Source of the DNA: Octopus vulgaris
Taxonomy: Eukaryota
Direction: 5' to 3'
Assembly: GCA_951406725.2 (NCBI GenBank)
Contig: OX597820.1
Location: 66,464,001 to 66,528,000 of the forward strand
Length of the DNA: 64,000 nt
In this document: positions 41,140-51,815 of the stretch, in pieces
Layout of the letters: every line of letters begins with the position of its first letter
Numbering within the stretch: the stretch's first letter is position 1
The notes under the pieces: model-generated
What the model was told of the DNA's origin: nothing
The model's database searches: none
What the model saw: the letters and a program-made list of their open reading frames with translations, nothing else
Program-made: the position numbers and the translations under genes

Positions 41140-42150
41140 ATGTCTTTTCACATACATACTCTCACACACACACACACACATCCACAGACGCACATGCACT
41201 CTCTCATTTGTGCATACACACACACACACACACACTCTGACTCACAGGCACACAACATATACATACAGACATCAGCATCTGTCACCCTCTCTTATTTCAA
41301 CTATCTCTCTCTCTCCCTCTCTCTCCCCCTCTCTCACTCTCACATCATACCGCCATTTCTTCCTCTCCACATCTTACCATTCTCTCAGGTGGTGCCATTT
41401 GCTTGTCTGCAGATCCTAGGTGTTCTCTGATATTTGCTCTAATCAAAGTATCACAAAATCTTTCATGTTTCTTCTTTCTTTCCTTCTTTTTTTTTTTATA
41501 ATTTTCTTTCAAAGATTACGTGAGTGGGTGGGTGGGTGGGTGATTGGTTATTTTTTTCTTTCCTTTTCTCTTTTTTTTATTTTAAATAACTTGTTTTATC
41601 TACGTAATTTTATTTTATTTTAATTTACCAAAGACTTCTTTATTGATAATTGGTTACAGAAGCAGAAGATATAGGTGTTGTTTTTATTTTGCATTTTGTT
41701 TTTTTTTTTTACTCTTTTATGTGTCTTTTGCTTCTGCAACTTTCGAATCTAAGCCGAGACTTCAACTCCCTGTGAACTCATTACCTCCTCATGTAATATC
41801 CAAGGAAGGTTCAGTTAGCAGCCCCTTTCATGAAAGATAAGCCGCCTACCCAACTGTGACCATACTGTTTTGTTTTACCTTTTGTGATTTGGCGGGGTGA
41901 GTTTCTAGGTCTGGTTTATTTTATCTGATGTGTCTGTCTGTTTTTAGGGTATAAAATGTCTGGCAACTGTATGGTTGTGTGGTTAAAAAGTTTGCTTCCT
42001 CTCCACATGGTTTGGGTTCAGTCCTGTTGCAAGTGTCCCCTGCATTAACCCTGGATCAGCCAAAACGTTATGAGTAGACTGAACCAGTAAGAAGCCTGTA
42101 ATTTATGTATGTGTGAGTGTAAACCTACATAGAGTGCAAAAGTGACAAAC

Positions 42151-42194
42151 ACCTTTGGTCAATTTTCAAGCCTTATTGAGCTCTCATCAGAGGT
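42151..42194 (-). ncRNA. Hammerhead-like motif with canonical core
   Basis: Minus strand reads ACCT-CTGATGA-GAGC-TCAATAAG-GCTT-GAAA-ATTGACCAA-AGGT. Stems I and II are present; stem III is degenerate. Confidence 0.55.
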
Positions 42195-42238
42195 TCTTAC
42201 ATCACTTGATTGATCCCAGGGAAATTAGCTGCCAGTCT

Positions 42239-42295
<57 letters not shown>

Positions 42296-43030
42296 ATTAG
42301 CTTCTGTGATCTGGAGCCACTAATTTGTATATTATAAGTATTAGACATTTTTTTTAATATCATTGGTCTGTCAATGGAGATCATGGTCTACACAGTATCT
42401 AGACATGATATATGTAAACATATGTAAGTAGACATATGAACAATATCTGTGTTTGTGTCTCCTTGTCTTGACATCATCTGATTGTTGTAAACGAGTGTTA
42501 CTGTTATACAAGCAGTGTCCTTCACTTCCACTATTCAACAAAAATATGTCAGGCCTTGGGGAAAATATTACCTTGCTTGGAAACATTGAAGGTGTGGCAA
42601 CAGGAAGGGCAACTGTGTCAAGTAGTTTTGCTGAGTCAAGATCTATCCACCTAATTTCACATCCGCCATGCTGCTCTCCATTACATCCACTGTGACACCA
42701 ACTCAGGGATTTTTCGTTCTTGAGGTTAACTCCTCTATATACACATTACTGGAACTTTACAAGTTCCTCTGCCCCTTTTACATGTTTTCTTTTGCTTCAC
42801 ACACAGTGTCTAAATTACCCCTCCTCACCAGGCTTGGGTGGGGTTGATGGTTTAGTATATACAAACATGAGTGTCCCACCCATCAGGGATCGATGCCAGT
42901 GGTGTTGAAAGAATTGTCGTGATTAATAATAAATTTTTATATATTCTATCTTCATCTCTCATTTGCCATACATATATATATATACATACATGTATATATA
43001 TATATATAGAGAGAGAGAGAGACACATATG

Positions 43031-43061
<31 letters not shown>

Positions 43062-43243
43062 ATATGTATGTATATATATATATATATATATATACATACA
43101 TACATATGTATATATATACATACATATATACATATGTATGCATACATATATGTATATGTATATACATACATATATACACACAAACACACATATAGAAGTG
43201 TGTGTGTGTGTATGCCTTGTTTATCATGTGTTTCTGTGAATGT

Positions 43244-43278
<35 letters not shown>

Positions 43279-43760
43279 GTAAAATCTGAGTAATATGATA
43301 AATCCTCCAGTGATCTCATTGCTTCACCTGTTCCCCTCCTTTCTCTCTTTCTCCATCCCCCTTCTCCCCCCCCCGCCCCAGTCTCTTTCTTGTACATTAT
43401 ATATCATCTGTAAAATGTTGATGATGATAAACTAGATTCTTCTCTATATATATTAAGCAAGAGATTTTAAATCCTAAGTTGGTTAATCCTTCTTTTCCTT
43501 TCTGATTATCTATTAAGGTTTTAACTTGTAAAGGGAGCCAGTGTTATGTGAGGTGTTGCTAATTAACTCTTTCCTTGATTGACAGCTTAAAAAGAAAACA
43601 GCACCTGCAGATTCTTCACCCTGCCTGAGCATAAATAATATATAAGCACACCATGTCAGATCTGACCTATGATCAGAGATGTTCCAGTAGTGGCCACCCC
43701 ACCATTTTTGAGGCTCTATGTAAACCGATTGCGTCATCCCATGTGTGTATGTGTGTGTGA

Positions 43761-44020
43761 AGGCAGGTGGCTTAGTGGTTAGAGTGTTAGACTCACAATT
43801 GTGAGGTAGTGAGTTCAATTCCCAGACCAGGCTGTATGTCGTGTTCTTGAGCAAGACACTTTATTTCACGTTGCTCCAGTTCACTCGGCTGCAGAAATGA
43901 ATTTGCAACATCACTGGTGCCAAGCTGTGTCAGCCTTTGCCTTTCCCTTGGATAGCATCAGTGGCATGGAGAGTGGAAGCTGGTCTTCCATAGGCAGCCT
44001 TGGCTGGACTTGTGCTTCGA
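43761..44020 (+). mobile_element. SINE family B, 3'-truncated
   Basis: TGGCTTAGTGGTTAGAG...GAGTTCAATTCCC...TTCTTGAGCAAGACACTTTATTTCACG. Confidence 0.88.
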
Positions 44021-44021
44021 A

Positions 44022-44366
44022 TGTCTGGAGAGCCAGCGGCTGCACCAGTCTCCAATCTGATCTGGCATATTTCTACAGCTGGATGCCCTTCCTATCGCCA
44101 ACAACTCTGAGAGCGTAGTAGGTGCTTTTTACATGCCACTGGCACAGGAGCCAGTCACGCAGGACTGGCACCAATCATGTTTGGATAGTCCTTTTTATGT
44201 GCCACCAACACTGGGGCCAGTCATGGTGTACTGGCATTGGCGACATTCGGTTGGTGCATTTTATGTGCCACTGGCACAAGAGCCAATCGGGGTACTGGCA
44301 TTAGCCACATTCAGATGGTGCTCTTTACATGCCACCAGCACGGGAACCAGTCAAGCGGACCTGGCA
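44022..44366 (-). mobile_element. Family D element with internal 65-bp tandem array
   Basis: TTTCTACAGCTGGATGCCCTTCCTA, then units starting at 44121, 44187, 44253 and 44317. Confidence 0.85.
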
Positions 44367-44389
44367 TATATATATATATATATATATAC

Positions 44390-44685
44390 ACATGGCCCAG
44401 TGGTTAGGGCAGCAGACTCGCGGTTGTAGGATCACAGTTTCAATTCACAGACCAGGCGTTGTGAGTGTTTATTGAGCGAAAACACCTAAAAGCTTCACAA
44501 AGCTCCAACAGAGGGTCATGGCGATCCCTGCTGTACTCTTTCGCCACAGCTTTCTCTCACTCTTTCTTCTGTTGGCCTGCTCGCTTAGCCAGTGGGGTGG
44601 CGTCATTTGAAGGCTAAAACAATGCGAAGTGCATTGTGACCAGCGAGGTGTAGCAACATCTGACAGCCTGGCTGGTCATGGTGAT
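44390..44685 (+). mobile_element. tRNA-headed SINE family E (single copy in window)
   Basis: A box TGGCCCAGTGG, degenerate B box GTTTCAATTC, (TA)n on both sides. Body is unrelated to families A-D. Confidence 0.6.
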
Positions 44686-44721
44686 ATATTTATACATATA
44701 CATATATATATATATATATAT

Positions 44722-44935
44722 AGTTAATCCAAACAAGAAAACACAGAAAAAAAGAGAAAAAAACAGCAACGCGAGGACGTGGAACAATTAAAGTATTATT
44801 GACGCTCAGGAAAGAAGGGAAGGAGGGTTTAACGTTTCGAGCCGAGCTCTTCGTCGGAAACAAGGAGAAGGAAAGATCTCAAGAAGGGAAGACAGAGGAA
44901 AAAATATTTTTGCTGGTGGTGCTCAAGAGATCACA
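44722..44935 (-). mobile_element. Probable Penelope-like element terminal repeat fragment
   Basis: Contains the minimal hammerhead. Its inferred 3' end is T-rich and abuts (TA)n at 44700-44721. Confidence 0.6.
44827..44861 (-). ncRNA. Minimal type I hammerhead ribozyme motif
   Basis: Minus strand reads GTTT-CCGACGA-A-GAGC-TCG-GCTC-GAA-ACGT-T-AAAC: stem I GTTT/AAAC, stem II GAGC/GCTC, palindromic stem III ACGT, GUU triplet, U4C variant core. Confidence 0.75.
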
Positions 44936-45159
44936 TGTATGTGTGTGTTTGTGTGTAGGAAGGCTGTATAGTTTTCTGTGATGGTGATGTATGAGTGAGG
45001 TAGACACGGAATAATATTTTCTACAAATTTTCAGTGGAAATATCCTGAGACTAACTTAATGTAATAAATTATCTTTTAAGTGATATTCTATATACTCACA
45101 CATGCACACAATCATACACACACACGCACCAAACATATACACGCAAAACACACTCACAG

Positions 45160-45629
45160 GCAGTCTCCTCTCTCTCTGTTTTCCCTCTTTCTTCACTCTC
45201 TGTCTGTCCCTCTCTCTCTGTCTCTCTCCTCTGAATCTCTCTCTCCTCTCACTCTCTCTCCTCTTACTCTCCTCTCTTCTCCCACTTCTCACTCACCCTC
45301 CTCTCACTCTTTCTTCCTTCTCTCACTTTCCATCTTTCTCCCTCCTGTCACTCTCTTCATTCTCACATCCTCCCTCCTCACCTCTCTCTCTCTCTCTCCA
45401 TTATATTCCTATACATTCGCATAATTCTTAATATACCATTCCATCATTTTTCTCTTCTCTCTCCTCTCCGCTCTCTCTTTTTCTCTGTCTGTCTGTCTCT
45501 CTCTCTCTCTCTATCTCTCTCTCTTCATTTTATTCATATACGTCCACATAGATCTCCTTATACTGCTTTATCATTTCTCTTCTCTCTCTCTCTCTCCCCT
45601 GTCTCTCTCCTCTCTATCAATCTATCTCT

Positions 45630-45630
<1 letters not shown>
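45160..45630. repeat. Polypyrimidine (CT)-rich tract
   Basis: Visible directly. Confidence 0.9.
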
Positions 45631-45680
<50 letters not shown>

Positions 45681-46219
45681 TACACACACATATATATATA
45701 TACATACACACATATATACACACCATTTTTCTCCTCCATTCTCTCTCTCTTAACATATCATCATATCATCATGTGTCTGTCCATACAAATATACATGTGC
45801 ATGTGTATATATATACATAAATATATATATGCATTTGTGTGTGTATATAATGTGACATATCCATACAAACACACACATCCATCTCTGTTTCCCTGCACAA
45901 ATAAGATGCAACTGTTCTCCTTTCTCCATTCACACCAAACATATTTTTATTTAGAATTTAATGTTTCGAAATTTATACATATTTGATTTTGTATAAATTT
46001 GCGAAATAATTTCATTTCTACTATATTCTTTCACTTATTTATTTATTATTTAGTTTTTTTTTAAATTTTAAATTTAATCACCGAAAGTTCTAATTAAGAA
46101 TAATTGAATATTTAAATTTTGGAAATCTACCAGAGAAATCTACTGGTGAATATTAATTTTGTTATGTATTTCTTAAGTTTCACTTACACGGCATGCTAAC
46201 TGATCTCAATGGGTTGTTC

Positions 46220-47150
46220 AATGCGTGTTGTTAGTGTTGTAGTTGGTAGTGGTGATAGTTGTAGTTGTTGTTGTGGCAATATTGGTGAGATAGCAGAGGT
46301 GGTTTGCGTAATGATAGTGGTGGTGGTGGTAGTGGAAGTGGATGTGGTAGTTCTCTCGGTGGTCATTCCATTTGGTGATGATCATGGAGGTGTGGCTGGT
46401 AGTGGAGGTGGTAGTTGTCTCAGTGGTCATTCTATTTCAAGATCGTGGTGGTGGTGGTGGTGGTGGTGGTGATGATGTAGGTCGCTGTGGTGATGTTGAT
46501 GCGATAGCTAAGGTGATGTGTGTAATGATTATGGTGATGGTAGTGGAGGAAGTGGTAATTGTCTTGGTGGTCAATTCTGTTTTGTGAACATAGCAGCGGT
46601 AGTGGTATTGGTGGTGATTGTAGTGATGTTCATATATTGGTGGTGGTGGTGGTGGTGGTGGTGGTGGTAGTCATTCCATTTTGTGATCGTGGTGGTACAG
46701 ATGGTAGTAGAGGCTGTAGTTGTCTCAGTGGTCATTCCATTTCATGAGGGAGGGGAGATAGTGGAGGTAGTATTTGGCGTGGTGGTCATGCCACTTGATG
46801 ATAGTGGTGGTAGTAGTAATGTTGGTAGTGGTGTTCAAATGCTGATGGCAGTGTTGGCAATAGTGGCAACGATGTTGATAGCTTTGACGGTAGTATCTTG
46901 TTATTTGTGGCATGGCTATTTGTGGTCATTGCATTAGTACACATGGTCATGAGGTTTGGGATGGTGTTGGCAGAGATGGGGATAACGGTTATTGTTGGTC
47001 ATCATATTTGATAAAAGCAGCGTTACTGTTGGCAATGATGACATCAATGATGATGATTGTGATGCTGGTGTTGATAGTGACCACACTGGTTGAGACAGTA
47101 GTCCTGTTGGTGGTGTTGATCGTAGAGGTGGTGGTGGTGGTGTCGACTTA
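46220..47150. repeat. (GGT/GAT)-rich domain with recurring GTAGTTGTCTCAGTGGTCATTCCATTT motif
   Basis: Motif variants near 46347, 46411, 46555, 46667 and 46716. Confidence 0.75.
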
Positions 47151-47227
47151 CCCCCTCCTCGAAGTTTCTGGCCTTGTGCCAAAATTTAAAACCACTGTTA
47201 AGCTTACTTGTATGTATGTCTTAAATT

Positions 47228-47591
47228 TCACAAGCATGGCTGTGTGGTAAGAAGCTTGCTTCCCAACCACACAATTCTGAGTTCAGTCCCACTACATGGC
47301 ACCCTGGCTAAGTGTCTTCTACTTTAGCCTTGATCCAACCAAAGCCTTTTGAGTGAATTTGGTAGACAGAAACTGAAAAAAGCCCGTCGTATATATATGC
47401 TTGTCCCTTCACCATTGCTTGACAACGGATATTGGTATGTTTACATCCCCACAACTTAGCAGTTCAGCAAAAGAGACTGATAGGATAAGTACTAGGTTCA
47501 CAACGAATAAGTCCTGGGGGCCGATTCGTTCGGCTAGAGGTGGTGCCCCAGCATGGCCACAGTCAAATGACTGAAAGAAGCGAAAGAGTAT
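47228..47591 (+). mobile_element. SINE family A, near full length
   Basis: Head, body, short internal (TA) tract and tail. Confidence 0.9.
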
Positions 47592-47934
47592 ACACCCTCT
47601 TCCTCAATAATCTTTAAAACAAAATATGGTTGCTCCACGATGGACCTAGGTGTACTTTGAGGATTAAACCAAAATAATAAAGAACTAAAAGGATTTAGCG
47701 GCGGCCCTCATTTGGAAAACTGTGACAAAATAACAGCAGATATTTTGAATCCTCACTAACAAGGCTCTGATCAAATAAAAGTTAGCTAACAAGGCCAAGT
47801 CAACAACATTATCAACAAGCATAACATTTATTCAAGTTGATAGTAAATCCACATTTCCTTTACAGGAATAGATTTGTTAAAAATGAATAAGTTTCAATCC
47901 CTATCTTAGTTTATTTAGAAATTTTTATTATTTT

Positions 47935-47981
47935 TCCTATTACTATTATTATTATTATTATTATTATTATTATCATTGTTA

Positions 47982-48042
<61 letters not shown>

Positions 48043-48085
48043 GAAATTTATTATTATTGCTACTGTTATTATTATTATTATTATT
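47935..48085. repeat. (ATT)n microsatellite
   Basis: Visible directly. Confidence 0.95.
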
Positions 48086-48652
48086 GCTTTTATTTTAGGG
48101 AGCTTATTTGTCTTATTTTTAGGCAAGGGTGGTCTCCCTGCTGTTTTTCATTTCATTTTTATTTTATTTTATTTTATTTTTCCCTTCCCTTCTCCTTCTG
48201 CTCCTGCCCCCGCCGAACCCCTCCACACCAACCCCACCATCACCACCATCCAGTTCGCCGCCCCCACCCTCCCACCTACCGCACGCCGTTATTCCTTCCC
48301 AATCTGGAGAAAGGATTTCTTCAGTTTAGTTTTATATTTTCGTTTCTAATCTTATTCTAAACTTCTAAAAAGAGAGCTAACTGCTAAATATTTTTGCAGT
48401 AAACACACACACACACAGGTGGTCGTCGGTTGGTCAGGGTCAGTGGAATAAGCAGGAGAGAGAGATAGGAGACCGGGACTGGGGAAGAGGGTGAGCATGG
48501 TGTGAAGACCCCACCATTGGTTGGTTGGCTGGTTAGTTATAAAAGGGTGTGGGTAAGGTGTTCCCTACTGGTTCAGTGGTTTGTTAGTAGACTAAACCCA
48601 TATCATTCTTGTTTACATAATCTGTGTGTGCAATATATATATATATATATAT

Positions 48653-48683
<31 letters not shown>

Positions 48684-48746
48684 ACACACACCCACACACC
48701 CACAGATGTATATACACACAGGTGTCACAGAAAATACACTCATGCA

Positions 48747-49081
48747 CTTATTCTTTGTAAGCCTAGTACTTATTCTATCGGTCTCTTTTGCCAAACCGCT
48801 AAGTTCCAGGGACGTAAACACACCAACATCGCTTGTCAAGTGATGGTAAGGCAACAAACACAGACACACAAAGATATATATGTATATATATACACATACA
48901 TACATATATATATATACAACAGGCTTCATTCAGTTTCCGTCCACCATATCCACTCAGAAGGTTTTGGTCGGCTCTAGGCTATAGTAGAAGACACTTGCCC
49001 AAGGTGTCACGCAGTGGGACTGAACCCGGAACCATGTGGTTGGTAAACAAGCTACTTACCACACACCCACTCTTGTGCCTA
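48747..49081 (-). mobile_element. SINE family A lacking 3' tail
   Basis: CTTATTCTTTGTAAGCCTAGTAC...GGGACTGAACCCGGAACC. Confidence 0.9.
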
Positions 49082-49727
49082 TAACACACATATATATCTA
49101 TATACACACACATAGATATGTGTATATATTTGTGACCATAACCTACCAAGAATAACTGCTTTTGCCGTGTGCTTGGCACAAGTATGGCTAACTTAACTGC
49201 TACTGCTGCCTTCACTACTTCTACTCCTCTATTAATTGACTCTTTCATCAGTTAACTAATTCCATTTTCATGATTACCATTTTATTTTTTCCTCTCTCTC
49301 TCTCTCTTATTTATTGGTTTGGTCTGGATAAAGAGGATGTGTCCGTGGTCCATTCATTAAGTTCCTCTGAGATGCGGTTTGATCTGAGATTGACATGACA
49401 TGACTTTAGCTTTAATGTGTCTCTCGAATAGTTGCAAGTTAATAGATGCAGAGAAGAGCTTACAAGACAAAACATACCGATACCATTTTACAACTGGTGG
49501 AAACCAAGACTTAATAATGAGAAATAATAAATTTTCCATCATTGGTTGTCTCCCTTTCATTTTTCTCCTCACTTTCTGTCTCTCCTCTGTCTGTCTCTCT
49601 CTCTTTCAATATTTCCTCATCTCTTTTCTTTTCACTCCTCTCTATCTCTCTCACTAATACTCTCTCACAGATGAATGTTATCCAATATGACGTACAACAT
49701 GTACCCACTGGCCTTGTGTCAAATGTT

Positions 49728-49939
49728 CTTTTCTACTCTAGGCACAAGGCCCAAAATTTTAGGGGAGGAGCCAGTCGATTAGGTCGACCCCAATATGCGA
49801 CTGGTACTTAATTTATCAACCCTGAAAGGATGAAAGGTAAAGTCGACTTTGGCAGAATTTGAACATAGAGCGTAAAGACAGACGAAATACCGCTAAGCAT
49901 TTCGCCCGGTATACTAAATGTTTCTACCAGATCACTGCC
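49728..49939 (-). mobile_element. SINE family C monomer with degenerate 14-bp TSD
   Basis: Reverse complement of family C, flanked by TTGTGTCAAATGTT (49714-49727) and TTATGTCAAATATT (49940-49953). Confidence 0.88.
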
Positions 49940-49990
49940 TTATGTCAAATATTAGAAAAAATTATTATTATTTATTATTATTATTATTAA

Positions 49991-50322
49991 GGTGGCAAGC
50001 TGGCAGAATTATTAGCATGCCAGATGAAATGCTTAGAGGCCTTTTGTCTGTCTTTACATTGTGAGTTCAAATTCCGCCAAAGTCAACTTTACTTTTCATC
50101 CTTTCATGGTCAATAACATAAGTACCAGTTGAGCACTGGGGTCGATGTAATTGGCTTAATCCCACCCCCAGAAGACCTTCTCAGTTCAAATTCCTCCGAG
50201 GTTGACTTTGCCTTTCATTTCATCGGGGTCAATGAAATAAGTACTTGTTGGACACTGGGGTCAATGTAGTTGATTTACCCCATCGTTCAAAATCTCTGGC
50301 CTTGTACCAAAACTTGGAATCA
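49991..50322 (+). mobile_element. SINE family C, partly dimeric
   Basis: GGTGGCAAGCTGGCAGAA head and two GTTCAAATTCC...CACTGGGGTC blocks, with (ATT)n on both sides. Confidence 0.88.
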
Positions 50323-51569
50323 TTATTATTTATGAGCACTGTTGCATCAGGGAAAGGTTTGGTCTTTTACAATTTGTATTTGCTGCATTCCCAAAGGTAA
50401 AAAAAAAACCCTTATGAAAAAAATAAACAATAACAAATAAACAAAAAAATCTAAAACAAATCTCTCCTGGTTATGTTGTCTTTCATTTATAGACATGCTT
50501 CATGAATTTTTTCTTATTTTTTCTTTTCCTCTTGCCTTCGTATGTTTTTAGGGGTTTATTTGTTTTGTTCCTGTTAGAATAATAAAGACACCGCAAAGTG
50601 AAAAGTGTCAATTGTGCCAACTTAGCATGAAATTTTTCATAATTATTTTCATTTCATATAATGAAAATTTGGTGAAAGAAATCTGAAATTGAACTTCTCA
50701 AAGTCTAAACAGAACCAGAATTCAATGGGCATTATGCTCTGCCATCACTTATTGCTGTGGTCCTTCTTGTTGTTATTGTGGCTGTTTTTTATTTTTTTAA
50801 TGTTTGTTTTTTGATGGCTTGGGTACTTTTGTCTGTTCTCTCTCTCTTAACAAATTCTAAAATAATGGTGATAACCATTTCAGGGGTTGGAAAAAAACGA
50901 ACCAAAAAAGAAAAAATGAAAAAAGAACCGCTTGTGTGTAGTTGTGTGTGAAAATATTTGTGTGTAGTTTTTTGGGTGTGTGTGGGTGGGGGGAGATTTT
51001 TAAAAATTTGTTTTTCATTTGTTTTTGTTTAGTTTATGTCATGTTTATAATAAAAAGAAAACTTGTGAATTTTTATGAATTTTAATGAAAGTGGATGTTT
51101 TAAGAAACAAACACTCCAGATCTCTGTTGCTATATATATATATTTACACAGAATCCATAATGGCGTGGGGAGAAGGATGGGTTCTCATTCCATTACAATC
51201 ACTATTAATGCTACCACAACTAAGACAACATCGTTACTACCACTACTACTACTAATAGTCATACCCTCATCAATAGTCTAACATCATTACTATCACCACC
51301 ACCATCATCACCACCACCACTGCTGTGGCCATTATCACAAATGCCATCACCAGCAGATCTGACCCTACCACCACCACCCTCCACCATTACCATAGCAACC
51401 AGTATCACTATCACAATTATCACCACTCCAATCACAACCATCACAAACGCCACCACTATTATTATGAGAACCACTACAACCATTGTCACATACAGATCAC
51501 TGCCAACGCTATCACCTATTTTTGCCACATCATCATCAACAGCTTCACCACCACCCATCATCATTGGCA

Positions 51570-51815
51570 ACACCTCCATCGCCGACACCGCCATCGCCGA
51601 CACCTCCATCGCCGACACCTCCATCGCCGACACCTCCATCGCCGACACCTCCATCGCCGACACCTCCATCGCCGACACCTCAATCGCTGGAGACCTCCAT
51701 CACCGACACCTCCGTCGCTGGACACCTCCATCGCTGGACACCTCCATCGCTGGACACCTCCATTGCTGGATACCTCCATCGCCGACACCTCCGTCCCCAA
51801 CACCTCGATTGCCAA
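51570..51815. repeat. 15/16-bp GC-rich minisatellite (ACACCTCCATCGCCG / ACACCTCCATCGCTGG)
   Basis: About 15 tandem units; produces the ADTSI / HLHRR / SAMEV ORF repeats. Confidence 0.95.

Noticed and set aside
44121-44366. CRISPR-like repeat-spacer appearance
   Set aside because: Eukaryotic context, units homologous along their whole length, no cas genes; part of a retroposon.
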